Shown here one piece after another: positions 11,021-24,165 of a stretch of 64,000 nucleotides of DNA. A program made the position numbers and the translations under genes. Source of the stretch: Octopus sinensis (taxonomy: Eukaryota); assembly GCF_006345805.1 (NCBI RefSeq), contig NC_042998.1:36518001-36582000 (forward strand), written 5' to 3'. How positions within the stretch are numbered: position 1 is the first letter of the stretch; every line of letters begins with the position of its first letter. The notes below the pieces were generated by a model that was not told the DNA's origin, made no database searches, and was given only the letters and a program-made list of their open reading frames with translations.

Positions 11021-11400
11021 ATTTCTCTATTGCCCACAGGGCGCTAAACATAGAGTGGACAAACAAGGACACACGAAGGGATTAAGTCGATTACATCGAC
11101 CCCTGTGTGCAACTGGTACTTATTTAATCAACCCCGAAAGGCTGAAAGGCAATGTCGACCTCGGCGGAATTTGAAATCAGAACGTAACGACAGACGAAAT
11201 ACCTCTAAGCATTTCGCCCGGCGTGCTAACGATTCTTTTCTACTCAAGGCACAATGCCCGAAATTTTGGGGGAGACAGCAAGTCGATTAGATCTACTCCA
11301 GTACGCAACTGGTACTAAATTTATCAACCCCGAAAGGAGGAAAGGCAAAGTGGACCTAAATATTCTTTTCTACTCTAAGCACAAAGCCCGAAATTCTGTC
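11021..11400 (-). mobile_element. Stack of SINE family B copies and fragments
   Basis: gtcgacctcggcggaatttga B-box region, ccccgaaagg core, repeated ttcttttctactc...gcccgaaatt tails. Confidence 0.8.
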
Positions 11401-12554
11401 CCTAAATTATAATTAAATAGCAAGTATTTTTAAAATATTTAATTGTAGAGAACATTTCACTAATTATTGTCACACAAATCCTATGCAGTATTGCATTGTA
11501 GAAAACTAATTTTTTCTCATATAATTAAAAAAGACGTAGCAAACATGAGGAGTTTATTATTACAGAAAAATATGGAAACTCAATATCGTTTCAGAGGAAT
11601 TCAAGATAACCTTTATTGTTAATTTGTGTAAATAGAAGGGTATTGGGGGAAAATGATCATGCATGGAGTTGGGCATACACTTTGAACGACGAAAAAAAAA
11701 ACTTTAAGAACAAAATTTTCGACTGTAAAATCTATAAAACAGAAATGGAAACGACGTCGTTTATGGAAGATTTTCATAAATATTTCTCATATCGATTTCT
11801 TCACAGTACATGCGATTACATCCGAAGTTTATCCTCCAAAATGACCCAACAGTATGTCCTGTTCAGATTTTCAAATAAATTTTCTATGGGATCCGAATAG
11901 ATCATTACCACTTTTGTTTCTCTTTCAAAATCTTAGTCCATTAATAGGCGAACCGTTTACCAATTTATCACTCGTATTGGAGTTTGGTTTCTCTTCAAGA
12001 GAATTATCGTCACTCTGGACACGTCAGTAGTAATTGCAATACTCTCCAGAAAATTACCCTCTTTTAATTAGCTTAGCAGTACTGCGTGTGTATTTATGGG
12101 CATTATGATAAATGAGATTTTAATATTCTTCGGAAACGAGGTGGTTGCGAAAAAAAACAACATAGCTTCATTTGAATGAAACAAGCAACTCTATCGCGAT
12201 TAATGCTATGTCTTAAAACGTCGACCTAAGCCCACCAAATAAAGAGAACTGATGTAATTTATTTCGATTTTTGTGAAAGTATTTGATTTAATTTACTACG
12301 AAAACAAATATTTGTCATATTAAGTATTTCCTGTAAAACGAGCTAATTGGATTCAATCATGATATATGCCATAACGCTTTGTGATTTGATTCAAGACTAG
12401 TTAAAGGTAGTGGTTTCCTTCAATACTACACTCTATACATACACACATACATACATACATACATACATACATACATACATACATACATACATACATACAT
12501 ACATGTGTGTACACACACGTATACATATATATACACATATATACTTGCACATGC

Positions 12555-12800
12555 CCCCCTTCCAACTCTCCCCAAAACAACCTGACCGACTTCTAGTCTA
12601 TTTCCTGTTCTCCATGTGGTCAATTTACTGTTCGCCATACAGTATTTTTCAACTAACTCTTACTCCTATACCAACATCAAACCACGAAACCGCATGACCT
12701 TCTTCGACCAATCGTAGCCCATGGTAATAACACTCAACTTCTGTCATCCAAATTCAAAATGGCTGACGGCTAGCATCGCGCTTGAAATTCAAACTGTTTT
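12555..12800 (+). repeat. Unclassified dispersed repeat (copy 1)
   Basis: Roughly 75-80% identity by eye to 33010-33250 (tataccaacatcaaaccacg...caaattcaaaatggctga). Confidence 0.7.
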
Positions 12801-12805
12801 GATGC

Positions 12806-12855
<50 letters not shown>

Positions 12856-14507
12856 AAGTTCATCCCTTTAGGCTTTCAATTCATACACGGCAGTTCAATT
12901 TGATTCGTTCTCAGTCGAAAGACGCCTGTTGATATTTCTTGTTGTTTGTATTCATAATTGTGCACCATGTTCTCCGATATTTTGTTTGATTGTTTTTTGT
13001 CTTTGTTACCGTACACATTCGCTAGCTTTCTTACAAAGGGGTCTAATGCACTTAGCTTAGACTTTTGGGGGGGCAACCAGATCGAACCATCTCAGGTGTA
13101 ACTGCCCGAAATCGTCGTGACTTCTGGAACTTGACTGAGGTGTTTACTATTATATTTTGGAAACGATGTGAAGGGGAAGTATTTGCAAATATAGAAACCA
13201 AAAGGAAGCTATGCCCTTGCTAATTATTTGAAACCAGACGTATCAAAATCTATTTAATTAATTATCAGGAATTTATATAAGCAGAAAAGAGTTAACAGGA
13301 ACAGTTGGAACTCGTAAACAGGGAGTATAAATAAACTATAATCGGAAAAGTAACAGAAAGACACAGATTACATACAATCGTAAATTATAGGACTTGGACA
13401 TGCTTGCTGTAACTGCAAGAGAGCAGATTATACAAGAAAACCTAAGTGAAGAAAATAAAACTAAAGTCAAACAAACCCATTGCAAAACAAAAGCAAAAAA
13501 AGAAAAACAGCAAAAAAAGACAAAAAAAACAAACAAACGAAAGCAGAAACAAATCTAATGAAAAGAAATAAAGAAACGGGTTTAGTAAAATACCCAGAGT
13601 TTTATGTTATTATCAGATAAACTGAGAGAAGGGACATGGGAAGGAAATCAATAATTCAAGTAGTGAAGAAAATTGACAAAAACTATAGAATTTAGATATG
13701 TATTTGCTCTAAACTGTAGACTGGCTTGTCCAAAATAGTAATGAAATTCCTCTCTGTGTGTTTAACTCTCGGCAATTCCAAGATTGCTGACTACTTTGGG
13801 TTACATAACTCATTTATTTGACCAAATGAATTACATCTTTTCAAATTATTAATTTTTTTTCTTATTGCTGTAATTTGAACTTAACAATCCTATGACAACG
13901 TATAGTATTGGAGTTACAGGTTTAGAGTTTAAATGTATTTAAGAGAAGCGATAAAAATTACTCGAAACACTCCATTCATATAACGAAGAAATCTGCTATA
14001 AGAATAGATTGTCTCTTCAGCTCAGTGATAGCAGATGATAAGAAAAAATGTTTTAAATTATTTGTTGGATTCATATTGGAATACGCAACACAAATTTAGT
14101 TTGCTCATTTTAAGAAAAATATCCACTTCATCAAATTTATCCAAAGACAATTTACTTGTAGAATACCTGAAAGAAAATACAGCTATTCTTTGATCATTTG
14201 ACTTAATTGAATCATTTAATCATAGTCTACGGAATCGCATATGGAAATATCGATCTGAAGACTGATGATCTGTTTTTTTCAATTTCCGTAAAATAAAAAC
14301 ACGATTTAATGAACTGGAAATAGGTTGTAGCATATAACCTTTTAGACATTCGAACAGTATTTTTCTATTCGACCAATTAAAATTTGGAATGTTTCAGGAT
14401 TCACTGTTTTTAAATCGGGTCTGAACAAAAACTGAATATGATGACAGAACTGATTTTGATGATGATGATGATGACGATTGTAATGATAATAATAATAATA
14501 ATAGTTT

Positions 14508-14662
14508 CAACTTTTGGCAGAGGGTCAGAAATTTTAGGGACGGGTTAAGTCGTTTATATCAACCTCAGTGTTACACTGGTACTTATTTTATTGACCTTGA
14601 AGGGATGCAAAGCAGAATCGAGTCCTAACCACTTCGCCTGGCCTGCTAAACATACCGCCGCC
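14508..14662 (-). mobile_element. SINE family B, diverged
   Basis: ttaagtcg...actggtacttattttattgacc core. Confidence 0.55.
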
Positions 14663-14670
14663 ACGCTGCC

Positions 14671-14726
<56 letters not shown>

Positions 14727-14930
14727 ATGATAATGATAATGATGATAATGATAATAATAATAATAACAATAATAATAATAATAACTATAATAACAATAAT
14801 AACAATAACAATAATAACAATAATAACAATAACAATAACAATAATAGTAGTAGTAGTAATAGTAGTAGTAGTAGTAGTAGTAGTATAGTAGTAGTAGTAG
14901 TAGTAGTAATAATAATAATAATAATAATAG
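14671..14930. repeat. Compound trinucleotide array (TAT)n/(AAT,AAC)n/(AGT)n
   Basis: Seen directly. Confidence 0.95.
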
Positions 14931-15675
14931 ATAATTTGATTTTTCACGTTTTTCAGTTCTGCGTTCTGAATTTCGTTGTTTTCGTTTCCGGGGTTTTTCT
15001 GTTGTTCTTTTCATTGGCCTTATCGTTGCTGTTGGTAGGATTTCGTTCGGCACTGGTGATAGGAGTAGTATAATCATGATGGTAGTGCTTCGTTTTAAAA
15101 ATGGGGAGGTTGCGGCAAAATAACTCTTCCTGTCTTTCATCATCCCACTGAATTATTGCAGAATATTTCCGTCCTACTATAACTTTGTTCCAATTTTCAA
15201 AGACAAAGATTACCAAATGTTACAAATCATAGGCGCAACCCTGATTTTCTGGTGATCAAATGACATAGCTTTCTTTATCTGTATGTTTTTTTGTACGAAT
15301 GTACAATTGTTCTGTATAATGCATAACATGTGTATGAGTGCTGACATGTAAAATAATTTATTATACAATGAAATTATTATTAAACGAAGAGGGCTGGGAA
15401 AAAGCCGCAACGCAAAGGATGATAAGTGGTTAAATAGATATATTTTCTCTTCCGATTCTTCCTGACATTTTATGGTTTAAACACTCTTCATTGAATAACT
15501 TCATCGGCCAGATCTCAGGGAATTCAGCTGAGTTGAACTCTTCATTATACTCACTAGTATTAGATTAATATGTGGTCTGTCAACCGTATCCGCTTGAGGA
15601 GCTTTCCCAGACGGTCACACGAAACTATGAAACCATACATTACACTATAACCATGAACACACGCACACACGCACT

Positions 15676-15731
<56 letters not shown>

Positions 15732-16066
15732 TATATTTTAGTTTTAATCGTTTCCTAATAGCTCATTAATTTGTTAAATTTGTCCCGTGGCTGTAACTTC
15801 CGATTCCAACCACGACTGTCTTTCATTTTTGAAAATTTAGCCAGATGTTTTAATTAGAATACATACATGCGCACACGCACGCACACACACACACACACAT
15901 ACACACACACACGTACGCACACACACCCACTCAGACACAAACACAGACACACACACGCACTCGTATATCTATCTATCGATCTCTGTCTGTCTCTCTCTCT
16001 ATATATATACGTACATATATTCATATACGCATACATTCATATATATACATACACACACACACACGC

Positions 16067-16153
<87 letters not shown>

Positions 16154-16297
16154 TAAGAACGCTGTTTTTGAAACGAGAAAGACAAGCGCAAGAAATACAT
16201 AAAATATAGATTATCTGCAGTGTGTGTGTGTTTTTGTGGTGTGTTAGTGTGTATGTATGTATGTATGTATGTATGTATGTTTGTATGTATGTATGTA

Positions 16298-16343
<46 letters not shown>

Positions 16344-16469
16344 GCGTGAACGCGCGATAACGTTAAAAAGATTCCTTCCCACTCAAAAAATATCGTTTTG
16401 AACGCATTGCATGGTATTTTGGGCAAATATCATTTTTCATTGAATCGGGTGTCGATGCATACCTCGCGA

Positions 16470-16680
16470 GGGCAATTGGTTTGATAGTGACTGTTCGGGG
16501 TCCTGTCCGATGGATTCCACCTCTAATTCAATAGGGGCTGATTCCTCACACACTGTGTCACACTGATTTGCTGGAGAACTACGTTAAGCGCGTGTGTGGA
16601 ATCTCAGCCATTTACACCTTAGTTAAGAAGTAATTCACTTGATCGAATTTGCCACTCTTCCTCGCTGAACGACAGAGAAT
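16470..16680 (+). mobile_element. SINE family C tail fragment, diverged
   Basis: cacactgtgtcacactg...gagaactacgttaag matches the reverse complement of 50640-50745. Confidence 0.5.
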
Positions 16681-16705
16681 AGCCCTATGTGCGCACACCA
16701 CCTCG

Positions 16706-16746
<41 letters not shown>

Positions 16747-17000
16747 TCTCTCTATGTAGTGTATGTAACTGTCCAATTATCAGTGAGAGTACTGCTTCGC
16801 AGCCCTGTTTCCACCACCTGCCATATGTCTCTTATACCATATATGGAAGATGCGAGGTCGTTATATCTTCCTGACTCCTCAACCAGCTAAATGAACCATG
16901 AACGCAAAGTTTGGGATTCTAATAAATCGTGCGGCGTAATATACAGAGGCGCAAAGACTGATATAAGTAGGTATCTATTTGTCAATGTATATCACCTCTG

Positions 17001-17250
17001 GGCGACCAGCTGGCAGAATGGTCAGCACGCGGAGCAAAATGCTTGGCCGTATTTCGTCTGCCGTTAAATTCTGATTTCAAATGCCACCGAGAGCTGGGTT
17101 CAAATACCGCCCGGATCGACTTTGCTTTTCATCCCTCGGGGTCGATAAAATAATTACCAGTTGAGTACTGGGGTGGGGTGGAGGTGATTTACTCGACTTA
17201 CCCTTTCTCTCGAAATTGCTGGTTTTGTGCCAAAATTTGAAACCCTTATT
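17001..17250 (+). mobile_element. SINE family B with duplicated B-box segment
   Basis: agctggcag A-box; ttcaaatgccacc then gggttcaaataccgcc; tail ttgtgccaaaatttgaaac. Confidence 0.8.
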
Positions 17251-17684
17251 ATTTCGTTTCTTGAACGCTAGTTTAATGTTTGTTTATCCTTTCAATTTAA
17301 CCTAACATCAGGAGACTTTTTTTTTATCGAGCACGAGGGCTGGAGGTGAACAGGATTGGACATCAAGATGTAAAAAGTCAGAACAAGAACTGCGACTTTC
17401 CTGAAATTCTATCGATTCTAACTGTTTTATTGGATTCCGAAGCATGGAAAACAAGATTAATTTTCGCCGTTTTTGAACATTAAGTGTGAAAAGCAGGAAT
17501 CAACGTTGCAAGATATATCAGACTCTCAAGTAATTTTGCCAATTTTCTGCTTATTTAGACAAATTTATTCACCATATAACATTTGCGGGTTGCATGTATG
17601 TGTGTATAACCATATATGTATATGTGTGATGTCTGTATATAAGTATGTGTATAATATATGTATATTTAAGTATATATATATATA

Positions 17685-17723
<39 letters not shown>

Positions 17724-17744
17724 ATATATATATATATATATATA

Positions 17745-18565
17745 TAATTTCAACAATTGAGGGTAAAATTAATTAATTATTAATCAATTTCACCAAGTAT
17801 TCAGTATGTAAAGGACCATTTAAGGCGAATTCAAATTATTACATTATATAAAAGGGCTTAGTAAAATAAATTACTTTGCCACATACTGAACTCATTAGAA
17901 TAGTAGCTAAAAAAACTTTTTTAAAACTATTTCTAATACTTAAAGAAAATCTCTCTCATATAGTGTTCAACTCACGAAAGTATGGGGGTAAAGACATTAA
18001 AAAATCAAATGCAAAGGTTATTTGAGAACGTACGTTTCAAGATTAGTCAACTCGACATTTCTATCATCAGCTCAGAACTCCTTGGTTTGGATTTGAAAAC
18101 ACTGAAAGTGGGAGCATACCCTTTCGGCTTCTTATCGCTTCTGAAGATCTGCTCGAAACTAACAGTGCCAGCAAACCCAAAATATGCAAGCGAAGAATTT
18201 CTGCTCTCCCCTTTCCACCAGCGTGGGTTAAAATCAGTAAACACTATGCTTTTTCGGTAAAATCCGAAGCATTAAATAGAGAGAGATGAATTATAATTTC
18301 AACAATTGAGGGTAAAATTAATTAATTATTAATCAATTTCACCAAGTATTCAGTATGTAAAGGGACCATTTAAGGCGAATTCAAATTATTACATTATATA
18401 AAAGGGCTAGTAAAATAAATTACTTTGCCACATACTGAACTCATTAGAAATAGTAGCTAAAAAAACTTTTTTAAAACTAATAGTTTTAAAAAAGTTTTTT
18501 TAGCTACTATTTCTAATGAGTTCAGTATGTGGCAAAGTAATTTATTTTACTAAGCCCTTTTATAT
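17745..18565 (-). mobile_element. Non-autonomous Penelope-like unit: 549-bp period direct repeat plus adjacent inverted terminal copy
   Basis: Direct repeats 17745-17929 and 18294-18479; 18481-18565 is the reverse complement of 18395-18479; hammerhead in the body. Confidence 0.8.
18023..18074 (-). ncRNA. Type-I hammerhead-like motif
   Basis: TGAG-CTGATGA-[T AGA AAT GTC gagtt GAC TAA TCT T]-GAA-ACGTACGT-T-CTCA. Confidence 0.6.
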
Positions 18566-18581
18566 ATATATATATTATATA

Positions 18582-18648
<67 letters not shown>

Positions 18649-18649
18649 C

Positions 18650-18693
<44 letters not shown>

Positions 18694-18694
18694 G

Positions 18695-18738
<44 letters not shown>

Positions 18739-18905
18739 CTTTAAAAACGTTTTGAAAAATTCATGATAGGGTTTTAATATTTCGATAAAGATTTCTTAAA
18801 ATTATAAAAAATACCTATTATATATAAAAAAGACATCTTTAAGAACAGAAAGGCGCGAACGTTTGGAAGGAAATTTTCGCATATTGTGTTGACGATTCCC
18901 CCACT

Positions 18906-19146
18906 CACGCTTGGCAACCGATGACGGTGTGTTTACGTCGCCTTAATCTAGCAGTTCGGCAAAAGACACCGATAGAATAAGTACTAGGCTTACAAAGTAT
19001 AAGTTATTTGAGTGCAGCCATGTCAGAGCACCGCCTTTAGTCGAACAAATTGACCCTAGGACTTATTCTTTAAAAGCCTAGTACTTATCCTATCAGTGTC
19101 TTTTGTCGAATAGCTAAGTTACTGGGCGGCCATAAACGCACCAACA
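18906..19146. mobile_element. Two SINE-A 3' halves in convergent (inverted) orientation
   Basis: 18906-18998 plus, 19004-19146 minus; gcaaaagacaccgatagaataagtactaggct pairs with agcctagtacttatcctatcagtgtcttttgtc. Confidence 0.8.
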
Positions 19147-19561
19147 TGGAGGATTACTACATCCCAACTATAACTAGTATTCTAAACTGGGCTGCCTATG
19201 TCGCCTACGCATAGTTTATGCCTATTCTCAGCTAAACGATGAAAATAAAAATGTAACTGCACAATGTTAAATTTATTAATGAAAAATGTTCAACAATAGG
19301 TTATTAATTCACATCTGTTACTGAAAGATTTCTTTGGATACCATAAAGCCACTACACGAAGAGAGACATTAGATATCTGTTAAGTTTCATTCATAACCAG
19401 ACAGGTCAGCAATCGGAATAAGGAATACTAAAGGCTTGAAGAAGAGACACACACACATATATATAAACCTATACATAAGCACATGTATACTAAAATACGG
19501 ACATGCATGTGTATCTATACTCACATTTATATACGTGTATATGTATATACATATACATACA

Positions 19562-19607
<46 letters not shown>

Positions 19608-19676
19608 TACATACATACATACTCACACGCACGCCCACACACACACACGCATATATATATATATATATAAGCATGG

Positions 19677-19731
<55 letters not shown>

Positions 19732-19903
19732 GTTTATATATTCGTATTACAAGATCCTTGATGCGAAATCGTGTGTTGAAACATATATTGTTGTATTTGG
19801 GGATGGTCATGTTGCCAGTTTAGCCAATAAAAACACACGCACTATATATTTAGTGTTAATTTGCTTCAGCTTTACTTTACTTTTTACATTAATCGTATTT
19901 CAG

Positions 19904-19943
19904 CCAGAGTTCTTTCGTCAGACTTCTGTGACCTCATCAGTGG
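19904..19943 (-). ncRNA. Minimal type-I hammerhead ribozyme motif, canonical core
   Basis: CCA-CTGATGA-G-GTCA(cagaagtc)TGAC-GAA-AGAACT-C-TGG; CUC cleavage triplet. Confidence 0.7.
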
Positions 19944-20515
19944 TCCTTTGCTTTCTCCTTACTTATTTGTGTGTCTTCATTACTAACGATCAGCCATTTT
20001 GTATTTTGTATTCCGGTTGTATGTGTCTTTATTTACGCATGCGTATACCACCATGTGTGCAATGTTTAGTAAGTGCGTGTGCGCGTGGGGCGAAGTGCCT
20101 GTATTATCTGTATCTCCTATTTATACACGTTCGTTTAATTTGCTTTTATTTATTTTGTTCATATGTTTATACCTACTTAATATTTTTTATTCTTTCTTTT
20201 TTTGTGTATTTAATTTAGAATTATTTTGTTAATGTATATAGTTATTTAATTTCATTTGTTTATCTGTGTATTGTATTATATTTTGTTCATATTGTTATCA
20301 GTTTATGGGTATCTTATTCTGTCATATGTTGTGGTGTGTTGGGTGTGTGTCTAGTGTTCCATTCCAGTTTCCTATTCAGGCTAAGTTTATCTTCTATTAT
20401 GTGTGTAGCTTCTCTTACAAACTTATAAACACGTAAACATACATACACATATATCTACATACATATAGACATACACTCATGCACACATCGATATATATAC
20501 AAGAACACCTACATA

Positions 20516-20690
20516 TTGGGTTGGTGCATAATTATTGCGACTTTTTTCAATAAATTTTATTCAACAAAACCAATAACATGTAACAAAAACATATTTAAAT
20601 GATTATTCCGGAGTATATTTAGCATCTACTTCAGTTACTGATTCCCATTTGCTTGGCAGTCAGAGGGTCATTTAAAGATGCTTTTATTAA
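20516..20690 (-). mobile_element. Mariner right-end remnant (Hsmar1/MADE1-like TIR)
   Basis: TA followed by ttgggttggtgcataattattgcg; minus strand encodes a KWESVTEVDAKY-like transposase C-terminus. Confidence 0.65.
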
Positions 20691-21178
20691 ATATTGTTAT
20701 TGTTGAAAAGATTTTGTTGAAACAAGCCGCAATAATTAAGCACCAATGCAATATATACATGCATATACATATATGGAGAGCAAAGTGAGGAGGGAACGCT
20801 AGTAATTTTTAAAATGCCGTTGAGAAAACAGACGTGATAGGGCGAAGGAAGAAGAGAATGTATAGAGGAAGGAAGCGAGAATGAAAGAACGAAAGTTAAA
20901 GGAGAAAGGGAGGTACAAGGAAAACAGAGAATAAATGATAGATGGAAAGAAGAGATGAAGGAAAGAATAGGGTGTATGGGAAATAAGAATAAAGAATAAA
21001 GATGAGTTGCAGAAATAATTATTAGGTGAGGAGTAGATATTATGATATGTCGATGATATGAAGATATAAATGATATAACACCTCGAGCGTTTGTCTCCAT
21101 TTTCAATTTTTCTTATGTGTATGTGTGTGTGTGTGTGTGTGTATAAGGAAAAATGTCAAGGTAGAAAATGCTAAAATA

Positions 21179-21525
21179 ATGCTGGAGCACCGCCTTTAAT
21201 CGAGCAAATCGACCCCGGGACTTATTCTTTGTAAGCCCAGTACTTATTCTATAGGTCCCTTTTGCCGAACTGCTAAGTAACGGGGACATAAACACACCAG
21301 CATCGGTTGTCAAGCAATGCTAGGGGGACAAACACAGACACACATACACTCATATATATATACATATATACGACGGGCTTCTTTCAGTTTCCGTCTATCA
21401 AATCCACTCACAGGGCTCTGGTCGGCCCGAGGCTATAGTAGAAGACACTTGCCCAAGGTGTCACGCAGTGGGACTGAACCCGGAACCATGTGGTTGGTAA
21501 ACAAGCTACTTACCACACAGCCACT

Positions 21526-21528
<3 letters not shown>
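21179..21528 (-). mobile_element. SINE family A
   Basis: Near-identical to other A copies; A-box tggctgtgtgg, B-box ggttcagtccc. Confidence 0.9.
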
Positions 21529-21573
<45 letters not shown>

Positions 21574-21641
21574 TATACACATATATATATATATACACAC
21601 ATATATATATATATAATATATACACATATATATATATATAT

Positions 21642-21736
<95 letters not shown>

Positions 21737-21757
21737 TAATACATATATATATACACA

Positions 21758-21833
<76 letters not shown>

Positions 21834-23123
21834 CGAGGGACGTTCACTAAGTAATGCCTCTGACCCACATGCAGTTGTTTGATCTAGCTGAAATATTGCA
21901 TGTGCAATCATTTATATCTCTATAGAGTAAGTGGCAAATTACAGCTCTGAATTAATTGTCGTCTCTGATTTACAGGTGTTTGAACCGAGTCAAGTGTGAA
22001 ATGGAGCATGTTGAGTGTCGAGCAGTGATCCGGTTTTTGTATTTGAAAGGACGCACACCACGGGAGACTTTTGATGAAATGAAAGTAACTTATGGTGATG
22101 ATGCCCCATCATATGACCTTGTAAAATGCTGGCATCGTGAATTCAAACATGGTCGGAACTCTGTGGAAACAGCTCCTAGATCTGGTCGCCCCTTCTGACA
22201 TTGATGAGGCATCTGTCCGTCAAGTTGAGGCTGCCATTTTGGAAGATCGACGCATAATTATTCGCCAAATAGCCCATGAGATCAAGATTAGTACCGGGTC
22301 TGTGGAAACTATCATTCATGACCATTTGCATATGCAAAAGGTGTCTGCCAGATGGATTCCCAGGTTGCTCACGCCTTTCCAGAAGCAAGAACGCGTCGAG
22401 TGCTCATGGGTGAATTTGGAGATGTGCCAAGAAGATGAGTCAAAATTTTTTAAAAGACTGATTACATAGGATGAAACCTGGGTCCATCACGATGATCCAG
22501 AGACCAAAGCCCAGTCAATGCAGTGGAAGCACCTTGACTCACCCCCTCCAAAGAAGGCATGTGTGCAGCCCTCCGCTGGCAAGGTCATGCTCACAGTCTT
22601 CTGGGACCAGGACGGAGTAGTGATGACAGATTTCCTGGCAAAGGGTACCACAATTGCAGGAGCCTATTATGCTTCACTTTTGAGGAAATTAAGAGAAGTT
22701 ATCAAAATCAAGAGGCGGGGCAAGATCAGCAAAGGCATCCTCCTCCTGCAGGACAACGCTCCGGTCCACAACTCGCTTGTCGCCAGATCAGAAGCACAGG
22801 CTTATGGCTATGAACTCCTCCCCCATCCCCCTACTTTCCTGACCTTGCACCCTCTGATTTTCACCTCTTCTCAGTCATGAAGTTGTTTTTGAAAGGAAAG
22901 CGTTTCCCAGATGATGCAGCCTTGATTTCTGAAGTCACGTTCAGGTTGGAGGACCAAGCTGGGGTCTTCTACAAACACGGTCTCCAGAGCTGCATCAAAC
23001 AATGGGAGAAATGCGTAACTCTGGGTGGTTGCTATGTAGAAAAAGACTAATAACTGTGCCAAGTTTCGTTGCTCTACTGCTATGGGAATTGGGTCAGGGG
23101 CATTACTTATTGAACGCCCCTCG
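21834..23123 (+). mobile_element. Full-length Tc1/mariner DNA transposon (1290 bp)
   Basis: 34-bp TIRs cgagggacgttcactaagtaatgcctctgaccca and tgggtcaggggcattacttattgaacgcccctcg (3 mismatches); TA flanks inside (TA)n. Confidence 0.95.
22001..23050 (+). pseudogene. Mariner-type DDD transposase, inactivated
   Basis: HTH N-terminus, PRSGRP, WIPRLL, IT*DETWVHH (stop at 22467), QDNAPVH, PDLAPSDFHLF; frameshifts near 22195 and in the poly-C near 22825. Confidence 0.93.
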
Positions 23124-23135
23124 TATATATATATA

Positions 23136-23200
<65 letters not shown>

Positions 23201-23201
<1 letters not shown>

Positions 23202-23612
23202 CGAATATATACATGCTGGACCGCTGAAATCTACAAGTTATTTTCCATTCTCTTTCTGTTTATTTTCCCTTATTCTTTCTGCTGAAGAGCGTAGCCTCGA
23301 AACGTCAGGTGTATGAACAACACTTGCTTGATGTTCATACACCTTTCTTCGTCTTTTGCTTTTCTATAAATTTCAACAAACAGTATGTATATATATATAT
23401 ATATATACGAATATATACATGCTGGACCGCTGAAATCTACAAGTTATTTTCCATTCTCTTTCTGTTTATTTTCCCTTATTCTTTCTGCTGAAGAGCGTAG
23501 CCTCGAAACGTCAGGTGTATGAACAACACTTGCTTGATGTTCATACACCTTTCTTCGTCTTTTGCTTTTCTATAAATTTCAACAAACAGTATGTATATAT
23601 ATATATATATAT
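23201..23612 (+). mobile_element. Head-to-tail dimer of a 206-bp hammerhead-bearing unit (retrozyme-like)
   Basis: Copies at 23201 and 23407 look identical; each has CTGAAGA-G..C-GAA-ACGT-C (23282-23306, 23488-23512) and a 13-bp hairpin. Confidence 0.75.
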
Positions 23613-23615
23613 ATC

Positions 23616-23780
23616 GGTGCAGGAGTGGCTGTGCGGAAAGTAGTTTCCTTACCAACCACGTGGTTGCGGGTTCAGTCCCACTGCATGGCACCTTAGGAAA
23701 GCGTCTTCTACTATAGCCTTGTGGATTTGGTGGATTTGTGGATTTGGTAGATGGAAAATGAAAGAAGTCCGTCGTATGTA

Positions 23781-23849
<69 letters not shown>

Positions 23850-24061
23850 ATGTGCGTGTATATGTTTGAGTGCCTGTGTTTGTCATTTAACAACCAATGC
23901 TGGTGCGTTTACGTTCCATGTAAATTAGCGTTCTGCAAAAGAGACCGATAGAACAAGCACTAGGCTTATAAAGAAAAATTCTTGGGGTCAATTTGCTCGG
24001 CTAAGGCGCCGCCGCAGCACGGCCGCAGACAAATGACTGAAACTAGTAAAAGAATAAAAGA
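23616..24061 (+). mobile_element. SINE family A, diverged full length with expanded internal microsatellite
   Basis: A/B boxes, CORE-like segment and tail present. Confidence 0.85.
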
Positions 24062-24118
24062 TTATATATATGTATGTATATATGTATCTTCCTCTCTCTC
24101 TTTATCTCTCCCCCTCTC

Positions 24119-24165
<47 letters not shown>

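Noticed and set aside
14953-15216. 87-aa minus-strand ORF with plausible composition
   Set aside because: No ATG start, no recognisable domain, no convincing splice sites
18141-18167. Plus-strand CTGAAGA-tctgctc-GAAACTAACAGT-G
   Set aside because: H17 would be G and stem I does not pair
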